A DNA stretch of 64,000 nt from Octopus sinensis (GCF_006345805.1 NC_043006.1:76074001-76138000); one strand, 5' to 3'; numbered from the stretch's first letter, positions 39,321 through 52,051 are shown. The notes: a model not told the origin generated them from the sequence alone. Numbers and translations: made by a program.

Positions 39321-42300
39321 AGATAGGGAAAATGAGAAGGGTATAGATTAATGAAATGCGGACACAGAGAACAAGAGATAAATGAATAGAAGAAAAAAGA
39401 AGCATAAAAGTTCACAGTGTCCACGTAGTTTAAAGTTTCTAATAGTGTAATTATCTAGAAATAGACGCGAAGTTATCAACATTCAATAACAGAATTGTAG
39501 AGGAGTTGGCTATCAAATAGTAAGAAAAAAAGAAAGTTAGAGAGAGGCAGGAGATTAAAGATTGGCATTAAGGATAAAATAAACAAAGTAAAGTAAAATG
39601 AAAGGGGCTGAAAGAAAATAGTGGGTGCCAGTGTTAATCTTCTAGTTTGTAGGGGTTGGGGGATGATATTTAGTAAGTTAATGCTTGTGTCCGCTTCATT
39701 ACTGTTTTATTTTCATAGATACCTCATTTGTGTCAAAGATGTTTGTTGTATGTTAACATAGTTTTCTAAAATGCTTCCTCGAAATTATTTGTCTGGCATC
39801 TGAAAGCTCCTTGTGTTTACGTATTTGTGCGCCTTGGTCTTTGTCTATGTCAGATAAATATGTAGTAACTAATTGCTTGAAATAATGCTGACATTCCACT
39901 CATCTTAACTATTATTACGCAATGCATGGTTAGACTTTGCTCATCATTGTTGAACACCAGACCGTATTGGATGTTATACTTGGAAAAACGTCCATACTCT
40001 AATAAACGATGGAGACCGCTCAACTACATTAGTAGTATTGGCATACACACACACACACACAGCATGTAACTAAAGATTTACAAAAGCAAATGGGCGGAAA
40101 AAGGTTCTTGGCACACGATTGTGTGACGCTTTACGGTAGCAGTCCCTTGAAGAAGAAAAATAACTTTTCAAATAACTGTCTTCATTTGCAGAGGAAATAC
40201 ATTTAATTAATTACACCTACACGGCATTTCAGTTCTATTTGATGTTCATAAAGGACTTCATTCCTGGATTTGTACATCGTAGTGAACATGATTTGAACCA
40301 CAAAAAATTTAATTCTGAACTAATTTAGATAATGATCTTACCTACAACGAGAGACCGTGTATCTAACAGAGTATATGTATATATATAAAACAAGAAAATA
40401 ATGAGATCTCGAAACATAATAGGAAAAATTCGAAAATCTATAATTGTATAGCACATAAGTGGTTTCCTCAAATTTGAAAATCGATGTAGTTATTTTATTA
40501 TTGCATTTAACATTGGTAGTTGCCTTTCAAAATATAACATTAATCTATTTTGCTGATTATACATTATAAAATTATTTTGTCAAAGTTGAAAGATTCAACA
40601 TTCAAGATCCATTTACGTGTTAGATATGAAACAAAAATATTAGCAATTTTATTGGTATACTAGTTGTCATCTTTATAATATATTATAATGTAAATTAGCT
40701 TTCAAAGACAAATATTCATAAGGTTATATTTTTGTTAAAAATAATTAGTAATTCTGAATAATTATCTCAATTTGAAATGACCCATTAGTGTACGTGCCGA
40801 GTTCCGACTTTTAGAATTAAAACTCATTCAGTTTTAACAACTAACCTAATTAAACGTGTCGACTGATTTGAATATATTCTATAGAAAAGAAACCATTTAT
40901 TATTGTTTTCTCATAGGAAAACAATTTAAAATTGACTTTTACGACTGAATTTGTTTTTATACTGATTTCTTTTATCGCGTCTTCATTATTAACCTTAGTT
41001 GAAGAAATTAAATAGAGAATTTGAAAGAGAATCGGAAAATTTGAGTGCATTTCTATTTCACGGGTAATAAATTCTTAAAGAAAAATAATATCGAAGGTCA
41101 TTGTGCTAAATTAACTTTCATACTTAATAGCCATTAGAAGTGAAATAACTAATACTTAAGATTACAAATGTAGCTTTAATACTGAAATCATCAATCCAAA
41201 ATATCTACAATATAATATAAAGAAATGCGCTCAACTGAAACCAGAATACATCCACTTTAAGCACATTAATTGTAAGAGTATGTTTAGAGGATGAGAATGA
41301 ATTAATTTACATTCTAAATTAATTCAAAATTTTAGAAGAAAGAACATACACACCGTGTTTGTATTTTGTGCAGTTACAAACACATGCACACTAATATATC
41401 TGTATGTTTGTGCGTGTGTTGGTATATGTCCGTTGCCTTCAAAGCCTCCTAGGATTTTAAGGAAACTAAAGTCAAACGGTTGAAGCCGGCCAGATACTTT
41501 TCAGTTTTGCGCATTTCTACTACATTTCTAGGTTCAGCTCTGTAGCTCCCATGTACGTTTCGCTTCATGTTTGGGAGCCGTAAAGCCTGTGACAGTGTCT
41601 CTCATATCTGTTTTACTTTGCTTTGGGATACAGAGTTCACATTCTCATGCAGTTACATTATTTTGTCTGTATACATTTTCCTATGGAAACATTACGTATT
41701 GGCCGTAAATACCAACGAGATCATCATAGTAGTCATTCAGACTAGTAAAGACTAGGTAACCTAAGACGAATAGTTAAGTGTATTTTTACACAGGTTGGGT
41801 AATCTGCACTTGAAATTAGAAACTCTTTTTACTATTGTACTTTTGCTGCTGAGTGAGTATTGGTCTTGTGCAGCTTGAATCAGAACTTTTCTTTCTAGTT
41901 TCAGCATAGAGCTTTTCACTAATTGTTAAATTTCATTCCAGCTTATGCTATTTGTGTCGATTTCACAGGATATTGACTATAGCTTGGTTTTTCTTTCTTT
42001 CCTTCAAGATATTTTCGAATCCACTTTGATATTTCAATTTTTCTTCTAAACTTTTCATGTACTTCTTACTTATCAAGATCTGTTAATTCAGTGTAGTTGC
42101 TTTCCAGTTTATATTTTACCGTTTGAGTTTATATCTTATCGTTTATATTTTATCGTTTCCTATATTCAAAAAAGGAGTCCTGTTTAATCATGCTCCTTTA
42201 TATTTACTAGCACCCTTTGCTGAATCATTTTTAGTATTTTCTATTTTCTATTCCCACCTTACTTATTTCGTGGTAGTCTTCTATTTTTTGTAGGCGTCGG

Positions 42301-43891
42301 TCCCTAAATACACAAGGTTCGTATATTTTATCTGTAGATTTGGAATTATGGTTTCGGAAAACAGTTTCTTACCTTCCAGTCTTTGATGTTGAAATATTCC
42401 AGAAATGGAACGCCTAACACATTTTTATTTTATTTTAGTCGTTGAGAGAAGCCTGATTCTTTTGTATTAATCTTTCTTAAATTCCTTTTTCATTTCTGTA
42501 ATTTTGGTGTCTATGTCTTGCCTACTATTTTCAATTCCAGTTAATTTACCCTTTTCTTATAATAACTTTGTTAAATTTATCTAATCCTGTATTTGTTGGT
42601 TGAAATTATGTACTAATGTTATCAAGTTTCCAGCTCAGGATCGTCTCGTGTCAATATTTCTACGATATCCATAAACATATATTCCTTTATAGCTCGTTCG
42701 TGACAGGCTCCCCTTATGATAGCTAGCACTATAGTTTATATATTGTGAGGTAAAGAGTAGGAAGGAATAATGAATCTCACAAATGGTAGATTTCTCTTCT
42801 TATAGCTATAGAGTATATCTTGACAGGTTTCTCTTAGTTTTGTAATGTTGTTCTGGTTTTCCATTTTTTCAAAGTATAGCTGAAGGGTTTCGCTTTTGTT
42901 AGGATTGCTTTGCTTATATAAAGGGCTGTAGTATCTACGTTTCTCATCCTTTCAGTTTTCTAACATTGATTCAGTTCACCAGTAGCCGGTCTTTATGCCA
43001 TATTTCTCTTGCCGCTGCTCTTCCTTATTCTTTATTAAAAATATTTTTCATCTAGAATGATATAGCAACTGTAATATATAGCATTGACAAAAATAGGTCT
43101 TATACTGTTAGCAATCATGTTATAGGTTTCTGATATTGTTTTGATTTGGGGGATTGATATGGATTTCCTCTTTCGCATTCAATTCTATTAATCCTCTTTT
43201 CCTGATTACTAAGTGAATATGTTTGTTCTATAACCTTTCATAAAAGTTGATGGGTTCTATTCAGAAATTGAAGACTTCATCGATTACATCGCTTACTCAG
43301 ACATGCACCGCAATTAATTTGCTTTCATTTCCAAACTTTGTTCAGTCCGTATAGTCTGTCTTGAACGAAAGCCGAAGTGAACAATTTTACCCATGCCGAA
43401 GAAAGATCTTTTTCGAAATAATATAAAGTCTTTCTAAACTTAAGTATGTCGACAATTTACAAATATTTATTAAAATCTCTCTCCCCTTACTCGCTCTCTT
43501 CATTTTTCCCTATCTGTCTGTCTGTCTGTCTGTCTATATATCTATGTTAATACATGTGTAAACAAACACACACGCTTACATCTACATGGCAGATGGTGGA
43601 AAGTGACTGTCATATGTAACGAAAAATTTTGCAGGTATGTTTGGTGGCTATCTGTAAGATGAAGACTGCGTTCTACCATAACATAATGTTTAGAGCCAGC
43701 TTTTATGACAGAAGGGATATATTAAAGGACATAGGACACTTACAGAGCGGAAACATGTGTTGCATTGTAATGTGCGCGCGCGCGCGCGTGTGTGTATCAA
43801 AGTGAACATATAAATGTGAAACAACACGGAAAAAATAGTACTCGAATACCGGCGATGGATTAATATGTATTATCAATAAAGCTGCAAAGGC

Positions 43892-43935
43892 ATCACAAAA
43901 ACTGTTACTCAGGTTTTCACGTTCCCTTTCGTCGG
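43892..43935 (-). ncRNA. Inverted partial copy of the 43955 hammerhead
   Basis: 39/44 reverse-complement match to 43962-44005; the 5' strand of stem I is mostly replaced. Confidence 0.5.
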
Positions 43936-43954
43936 ACACTATTGGTTGATTCTC

Positions 43955-43998
43955 AAACTGCCCGACGAACGGGAACGTGAAACTCTTAGTAGCAGTTT
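43955..43998 (+). ncRNA. Minimal type I hammerhead ribozyme motif (CCGACGA core)
   Basis: aaactgc-CCGACGA-acg(ggaa)cgt-GAAA-ctcttag-TA-gcagttt; 7-bp stem I, GNRA-capped stem II. Confidence 0.75.
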
Positions 43999-44343
43999 TT
44001 GTGATATTTGTCCAACTTTATTAATAAAGTATATATATATATAGGAGATAAATAAAAATATATGCATACATACAAACATATATGTACGTACCTACATCTA
44101 CATGTATATATACATGCATATATAAATAATTATACGGAAGTACAGGACATCACAATAAGACGTAGAAACAGAAAAAGCCAAAAAAACAAAAAACAAGAAA
44201 ACGGAAAACGAAAAACAAATACAGGACAGGTTACACAAGGACAAAACCCCCGTCATATATATATATATATGTCTGTATATATATATATATATATATGTAT
44301 GTACATATATATATATATGTATGTACATATATATATATATGTA

Positions 44344-44393
<50 letters not shown>

Positions 44394-44394
<1 letters not shown>

Positions 44395-44550
44395 CGTATC
44401 TTATCTAAATTACTATTGCTTAACCTTCATCTCACACCGTCTCCAATTAAGGGGTATAATTATTAAATATCCTAGAATCAGCTGTAAGATCTATTTATAA
44501 ATGTTCTAAAATCTTTACACCCTTGGTTTTTTATCTCATTCTGAAAAAAA
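44394..44550 (+). mobile_element. Third, decayed copy of the 32173 unit with eroded hammerhead (44439-44490)
   Basis: ctcacaccgtctcc...atatccta...cagctgtaaga...cacccttggtttttt shared; core mutated to ccaatta and gaat. Confidence 0.75.
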
Positions 44551-44565
44551 TGTATATATATATTA

Positions 44566-44606
<41 letters not shown>

Positions 44607-45638
44607 GATTCCAACGATGCATGTGTGTTTGTGTGTTTATTTGTGTGCTTGTATGCACTCATACGGACGTATAAAAATGCAATTATGTATGCATGCATAT
44701 AGACGTATGCATATATATACCTATGCACTCATTGAGAGGTATTCACAAATGTTAAAATACATAAATAATAAACCAACGTTTGTTCTCGAACCATGCATGT
44801 GTGTGTGTGTGTGAATCTGCATATACACATGCTGCTACTTGAAATTTTTTTCCGCCTTCTAGGTGTAACAATACTCACTTTTTCTGTTGTTTTAACGCCG
44901 ATAATCCGTTTGAAATATCACTTTGTTGTCTGTATTGTACAAGAAATTTTCGTTACTTCTAGAGAAAAATAAATTTACAAGTCTGTTTATAAACACACAT
45001 GGTTGTTATTTGTATGTGTGTGCGTGTTCGCGCGCGCTCGAGTAAATGTATCAAACAAAAATTAGTGCATACATTGTTTTAAGTATATAAGACCTAAGAA
45101 ATAAATGGCAACAATACGAATTGCTGATCTTGTATTTTATTTGTCTTGAAATATACCTATGAGAGCCTCAATTATCGAAAGTCTAGACGCAATAATGAAT
45201 GCCACGAAAGAGATCATAGATTATCCGTAAATGTCAGATGCTCTAGATGAATTTGCTTCGTGTATATATGCTAATTAAGAATTTTAGTTTATACAACGTA
45301 CAATATATGTAGGCATGAGAACCATATACACAAGTACCATTACGTACAAACACACAAGTACACGCTAATATACGCTTCGCATAATAACACACATATACAA
45401 ACGCAGATGTATACAAACACACACATACAGTCACGATTACGCCTGCATACAGAAACGCATCAATACACGCATGTGTAAATTCAAGTTGTCAAATAAATAT
45501 TGTATTGTAGATACTAGAAATACAGGTGATAATTTTTTTTGTTTTGCATATATGTATTTGCTTATTTATTTATGTATATATAAAAGTATAAATGTATACA
45601 TATGCGTGTGCTAATATGTGTTTGTGTATTTGTAAAAC

Positions 45639-45676
<38 letters not shown>

Positions 45677-45692
45677 ATATATACATATATAT

Positions 45693-45830
45693 GGTGGAGG
45701 CGCGTGGCTTAGTGGTTACGATGTCAGCACCATGACCGTAAGACTGTGGTTTCGACTCCTGGACCGGGCGACGCGTTGTGTTCTTGAGCAAAAACACTTC
45801 ATTTCATGTTGCTCCAGTTCACTCAACTAG
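45693..45830 (+). mobile_element. CORE-type SINE family C, 5' part
   Basis: ggtggaggcgcgtggcttagtggtt, ggtttcgactcc, gttcttgagcaaaaacactt. Confidence 0.8.
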
Positions 45831-45849
45831 GCTTTAAAAGGGCGCATTT

Positions 45850-45933
<84 letters not shown>

Positions 45934-46367
45934 AAAGTGAACATATAAATATAACGAAAAGTAATGTAGGTATATATATATATATGTGTGTGTGTGTGTT
46001 GTGTGTGTTGTGTAAGCAATTTATTCATGAATACAGTGTGTCAGGAGTCACGCACCAAGATATTTTACATTCTATTTATATTGTTACTAGTTGGCCGCGT
46101 GCCGTCAAAGTGACGGCGAATTGTAGTATTGTTTATACAAATATGGATGGTAAATCAAATTAATACACTTGGTATTGTTATCTAGTAGTTGTATTTTGAG
46201 ATGTGACATCGATCATCGTTTGTTACTGAAAGAATTACTGGGTCACACATACTTCTCCTGTACACGTGCACACATACACACGTATACTCATACAGAGTTT
46301 AAACGCTGTTTGATTTTTCTGTTCAGCGTTGAATTTTCACAATCCCACTTCCATTGCGATACACACT

Positions 46368-46417
<50 letters not shown>

Positions 46418-46499
46418 CACACACACACATTCACATGACTCCCTTTTACATACACAAATACTCACGGAGATGAAATGCTGATTTTTTCCCCCCGAAGAA

Positions 46500-46990
46500 C
46501 TTCCATCATCCCACTACTAAGTTTGCCATCAACCATTCCTTCCTTATTCATCTATCATCCCTTCCTTTCTCATTCATATGTTGTGACGGAGAAAAACACG
46601 AGTATTATTATAGTAGATTATCATTTTATCTCTTTATCACAGGTTTTGTTGGAGCTCCTAGAGTCTTGCATGTGTAGCGGGCTCACTTCCTGCGGTCTAC
46701 TGTACCATGTTCTCTTTCCTTTTCAGCTATCTAATACTTTCCTGATTACTCTGGGCGTGCTAAGGAGCAATACCTTTTATAATAGATCTCCTGGGCATTG
46801 CATTCCAATTTCCTTTATATTCCTCGTGATGCTTTCTGATACTGTCCCGAAGGAGCCAACAATATTTAGCACTATTTTCTTCCTTTTTCCATAGCCGGGC
46901 CATTTCGCACTTAAGAAGGTTGTATTTATCTATCTTTTCGCCTTCACTATTCTTGACTATTAGTGGGTCAAAGGAGCATGCAAAATCATT
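46500..46990 (-). mobile_element. 5'-truncated R4/Dong-type (REL endonuclease) LINE fragment
   Basis: DFACSFDPLIVKNSEGEKIDKYNLLKCEMARLW then, after a frameshift, IVGSFGTV...LL*KVLLLSTPRVIRKVLDS* (stop at 46723-25); abuts a (TAA)-like tract. Confidence 0.8.
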
Positions 46991-47219
46991 ATAATTATTA
47001 TTAGCTACTTGCGACACAAATTCATAAAGTAAAATTATTATTATTATTATTATTAGTGTTGTTGTTGCAGCTGTTATTGTTGTTTTTGCTATTCATTTAA
47101 TCCTACATGTACATTCATCATTATTTTATATATATTATTCAAATTTAGAAAGAATCGCATGTCTTTCACAATTCCTGAACTTATTGACCGTATTTTGTTC
47201 ATAATTTATGGCCCACCCT

Positions 47220-47285
47220 GTATATCAGTATGTATGTATATATATATATGTATGTATATATATATATATATTATGTATGTATGTA

Positions 47286-47328
<43 letters not shown>

Positions 47329-47334
47329 GTATGC

Positions 47335-47368
<34 letters not shown>

Positions 47369-47450
47369 TGTGTGTGTGTGTGTGTGTGTGTTGTGTGTGT
47401 GGTGTGTATGTGTGTGTGTGTGGTGTGTGTGTGTGTGTGTGTGTGTATAC
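47220..47450. repeat. (TA)/(TATG)/(TG) compound microsatellite
   Basis: Direct periodicity. Confidence 0.95.
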
Positions 47451-47854
47451 AAGGAAAAAGTTTAAAATAATGGTCATTACATATTTTTCATTTATTGGAA
47501 CAAATTAGACTTACAGCGGTTTCCAGTAGTCGTTATAGGTACACTTTTGATAAGTTTACGCAATCGGTCTATCGATCAATTGAAGAAAATTGAACAAACT
47601 AAGAAAATTAATGAATTATTTCTAGTTAAATGTAATGGCCATTATTTTTTATTTGTTTCTTATATATTAAAATGTGTAAAAACCAGTTTCTCCTGAGCCA
47701 ATACACAGATTTACAATTATAGAGTTGTGATGAACCATAACCTTGCAACCTACCAAACGATTACCTGCATTTCGTCTCTAATCTAAGTAATATTAGTCAG
47801 GTGTACCAACAGAGAGCTTATGAAGTGAAGTATTTTGTCCATATTGATAATCCC

Positions 47855-47894
<40 letters not shown>

Positions 47895-47895
<1 letters not shown>

Positions 47896-48030
47896 CGAGC
47901 TTCTTTCCGTCTACCAAATCCACACACAAAGGTTTGATCGGCCTGGGGCTATAGTAGATATCACGCAGTGGGACTGAACCCCGGAACCATTTAGTTGAGA
48001 AGCAAGCTTCTTACCACACAGCCACGCCTA
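47895..48030 (-). mobile_element. SINE family A, 5' part with internal deletion
   Basis: ccgtctaccaaatcc...gcagtgggactgaacc...cttaccacacagccacgcct. Confidence 0.8.
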
Positions 48031-48300
48031 AACAGCAGGCTGCAATATTTCACAGAAAAGAAGAATTGTAATTTTATCGTCACTAATTGTGACTGAAGGT
48101 GATGAGTAACAAGAACGCTGCAAGAAATAGGTGTCGAACCATTAATATATTTTCCTGATATATATATATATATATAATATATATAGTTGGGTTATAAGAG
48201 ATAATGGTCTCATTCAGACCCAAAGGTGTCAGGTAATGCTGAATAAGTGCTATAGACAGACCATAGTTAAGTTCCAGATTCGGTAATATTGCGAATAAAA

Positions 48301-48346
<46 letters not shown>

Positions 48347-48387
48347 TGACAGGGGGTGTAACCGCCAAATGGGTGAATCTAGAAGGA

Positions 48388-48432
48388 CTGGACTAGACTA
48401 ATTTCGCCTTTCAATCGTAGGCTCGTCAGCAG
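48388..48432 (-). ncRNA. Type I hammerhead ribozyme, canonical core, GUC site
   Basis: Minus strand ctg-CTGACGA-gcct(acgattgaa)aggc-GAAA-ttagtctag-TC-cag; stem I can extend through an internal loop (agg/cct). Confidence 0.8.
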
Positions 48433-49021
48433 AACCTACTCCCTCGCTCGGAATGTTTAGTTAAATAGACCTGTCAGAATATATATTTACCATATAAATT
48501 CATGGCTGCTTTAGCAAAATGCTGTGTATGTTCAAAATTAATATAAACAGCAAGGCGCAATATTATACCATAGAGGAAAAGTTTAATCGCGTTATAATCG
48601 TGAATGAGGTTGCTGAATTTAGAGATAAAACCTTTAATGTTGCATGAAGAATTAGGGGTTATATAGGTGCTATTCAGCACCCTCATTCACAATTAGTGAC
48701 AATTGAATTTTTTCTTTATGACCTTATATTCCTCTTAATGTTTAGTATATATATTTATATATAGTATATATATTTATATATAGATGTACTTGCATAGAAA
48801 GTGATTTGATCTGTGATCGTTTGCTGGAACGAAAACAATTGCAGCGTGGAAGGTGTTTGTAAGACATTTAAGAAACACACAAAAGCCGTTCGATTCACTT
48901 CAACATTTAAGTTTAATATGTCAAATTATTTTTGTCAGTGAACAGGTCGCGGTCTTAAAGCAACGAAAATATTTTGACAAATTAAACTTAAATGTTGAAG
49001 TGAATCGAACGGCTTTGTGTG

Positions 49022-49061
<40 letters not shown>

Positions 49062-49309
49062 TATATATATATATATATTATATATATAGATATATATAAT
49101 ATCCAAGATAAAATAACGACAATGGATCAGTAATTCGGTACAGTTGTTTCATACTGAGAACATTTGTTGTTACTTTTTTCTTGGCTATAATCACCCCCAT
49201 ACATTTTTATGGTTAATACCATAAAGAATTCTGGTGCATCTAATTAAGTACCATATTCATTTGAATTCATTTGAATCTTAATTGTTTTTGCTGAAATTAT
49301 ATATATATA

Positions 49310-49693
49310 GTGACGTAGTTTTGCCATTTCAATATGGCTAACCCCTAAGGGTGGATGCTACTGTAGTTTTTAGCCCCAGGAGGACACACTCCTCCAGCTG
49401 GCCATAGACACACTTTCTGTGTCCTGTCAGTATTTGCAAAGGGAAGTCATCCTTCCCGTCTTCAACTTATGATACACACGGACTCGAGTTTCGACGTATT
49501 GACCTCTCGTCAGCGTGTGACAATCATAGTTGTCGGCGAGAATTAGATTCCTTCACAAATACTTATACTTTTTCCAGCGTCCACTGTCGCTGATATTGAA
49601 AATGTGAAATCAAACAATGATAAATATCAAAGTGAGTTATATACAGTAGCGGTACCACATCGTGACGTATTTTTGCCATTTCAATATGGCTAA

Positions 49694-49695
<2 letters not shown>
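49310..49695 (-). mobile_element. Retrozyme-like 352-nt unit with 34-nt terminal redundancy, embedded in (TA)n
   Basis: gtgacgta(g/t)ttttgccatttcaatatggctaacc at 49310-43 and 49662-95; central hammerhead; no ORF. Confidence 0.7.
49475..49519 (-). ncRNA. Minimal type I hammerhead ribozyme, canonical core, GUC site
   Basis: Minus strand cacacg-CTGACGA-gaggtcaatacgtc-GAAA-ctcgag-TC-cgtgtg; 6-bp stem I, palindromic stem III ACTCGAGT, one G.G mismatch in stem II. Confidence 0.85.
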
Positions 49696-49732
<37 letters not shown>

Positions 49733-49831
49733 TAATCCAAACATGAAAACACAAAGAGAAAACACAACAACGCGAGGACGTGGAACAAATGTAGTATTAT
49801 TGGACGCTCAGGAAGAAATGGAAGAAGGAGG

Positions 49832-49866
49832 GTTTTACGTTTTGAGCGGAGCTCCTCGTCGGAGAC
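49832..49866 (-). ncRNA. Decayed minimal hammerhead (CCGACGA core, G12A)
   Basis: Minus strand gtct-CCGACGA-g-gagc(tcc)gctc-AAAA-cg-TA-aaac, inside a ~210-bp element between (TA)n arrays. Confidence 0.5.
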
Positions 49867-50513
49867 ATAGGAAAAGGAAAGATCCAGAGAATGGAAGACG
49901 GAGGGAAAAAAATCGCCAACGGTAGACACGCGGTCACATTTTGAATATATATATTTATATATATATATATAGGTATGTATGTATGTGTATGTATGTATGT
50001 ATGAGTGTATGTATACGCATATACATACATAAACACATATACAAACAGACACACATATAATTCTGTGTGCACGTTTACATGCGGTTTTTCGTAATATTTG
50101 CTCAGATGACTTCCATTGAACTAATTTCACTACTGTGCTTTAAAATGATCCAGACTTTTCTATTATCTTTTGCTACTTTCACAAATAAAACACAATGGCG
50201 AACTCTGAGAACGGAAATTAAGAAAATATTCCTGAGATACTTTAGTTGATATGTTGGTATCGAAGACAACACTGTGTAACACATGATAGCTGGTGTGTAT
50301 CTGTTCATGTGTTATATAATCAACTGGACAAAATGTATAAATATGTAACTTTTGCTCTGACCCTGATATTGTAGAAAGATTGTAATGATGGCAATTTTCT
50401 TTAGCAATAAAATATATTAAAAGCGTCAATCGAAACTTATACATACATACATATATATTGACAGATAAATAGATATGTCTAGACACACACACACACACAA
50501 CACACACACACAC

Positions 50514-50545
<32 letters not shown>

Positions 50546-51701
50546 CATACAAACATATAACTCAGCACGAAGGACATTTCAGAATGGTTGATAAATCAAT
50601 ACTTATCTCCTCTACTCAAAGCAAGAGAGTACCTCATATAATTATTCCAATTACCCCATTGATCCTAAGTACGTAACTTTAGAACTTCTAGTGCTTAACG
50701 TTCTTACGCAACCTCATATGAATAATATTGTTACGCAGTTTACCAGATCTCACCTCTAGAATTTTAGAAAGGAATTTCATACGCTACCAAAATCTAAAAA
50801 CGGTACAGAAAGCTGATGCTTTACACTTCATGGTCTTCATTGCTATTATATATATTCTACTCATGTGGGAAGTAACTGACGGCTGTTCACCGACGATTTA
50901 TCACAAAGAGACTCGAGAGTAGTTCTATTGTATAACGGGAATTTAAATCCCTACATATTTATTAGCCACTCAATCCATCTAAACACCAAATTCCTGTTTC
51001 ATAACTTTGTGGTCTTTATCTTGAATGAAAACGCTATGGAAAACCTTCAACTGTCTGCCATGCAAATGATCTTGCAAGTACTATTTACAAAACATTATTC
51101 TTCCTTTTGCCTATATGACAATGATTATACTACAATTACTATATTAAAGTAATGTAGCTATTGAGATCGGCATTTTAAAATTGTTGTGCGAACATGTCTA
51201 TTCATGCACGGGGAAGAGTCGTTTGAAGAGGGTTTGAATATATCTGTGAAGGATTTATAAGCGTGAGCGCGGTAATTTAAAGGTGAGTTAATTAGGGGTT
51301 GGGGTTACAGGATATTCAATTTGAGCAAAACCGTTAAAGTGTAGGGATCGGCTGTGCTACTATTGGGAATAAAAAGTCACATGTATATAGAGGTGACGAA
51401 TAAAGTTCTCTTGGAGTCTACAATTGGTTGTTTGCCGTTAAAAATATAATTTTTACACTTTTAGTAATCTCAAATCTAGATTAATATCATCGCAATAGCA
51501 ATAAACTTGGAAAACGATTTCATTCATCAAAATATTCATGCTATGGAAACTCGATACCACACATTTAGGAATAACGGCATGACGACTTACAGCTGTTGGT
51601 ATGTAATGTCTGGACAATCCAAACGAAACAGAGCAGAAAATCAGTTACAACACATTTTCATAAAAAACTTTAATGTTTGTGAAGTATATTTTCCATCTCA
51701 A

Positions 51702-52051
51702 TGGAACCTTTAAGCGTGGAAGCTACTGTAGCTTGTAGACCCGGAAGGGCACCTCCTCCAGTTGGCTAATGACACGTTCTGTTCCCTATCAGTATTTGCA
51801 AAGGGAAGTCATCCTTCCCATCGCCAACCTGACCTGATACACACGGAGCCAAGTTTCTGGGTATTAACTCTCTCTATTGACACGGACCCGAGTGATACAC
51901 TCGGGTCCATGAATATCACGTCAGGCTGGAGATGGAAGGGTGGCTTCCCTTTGCCATTACTGATAGACGACAGAAAGTGTGTCAATAGTTAGCTGAAGGT
52001 GTCCTTCTGGGGCTACAAACTACAGTACCATCCAACCTTAAAGGTTAGCCA
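51702..52051. mobile_element. Inverted dimer of the 49310 retrozyme-like family
   Basis: 51702-51870 is homologous to about 49335-49503 forward and 51898-52051 to the same segment reversed; an 11-bp perfect hairpin lies at the junction (51884-51908). Confidence 0.8.

Noticed and set aside
41880-43260. Possible ancient LINE remnant (strand-skewed composition)
   Set aside because: No recognisable RT motifs by eye.
45152-45195. cctatga...gaaa-gtctagac palindrome
   Set aside because: Core, cleavage site and stem I are all defective.
46085-46120. tactag...gccgtca-aag-tgacggc hairpin as a Helitron-type end
   Set aside because: No second copy or matching other end was found in the window.
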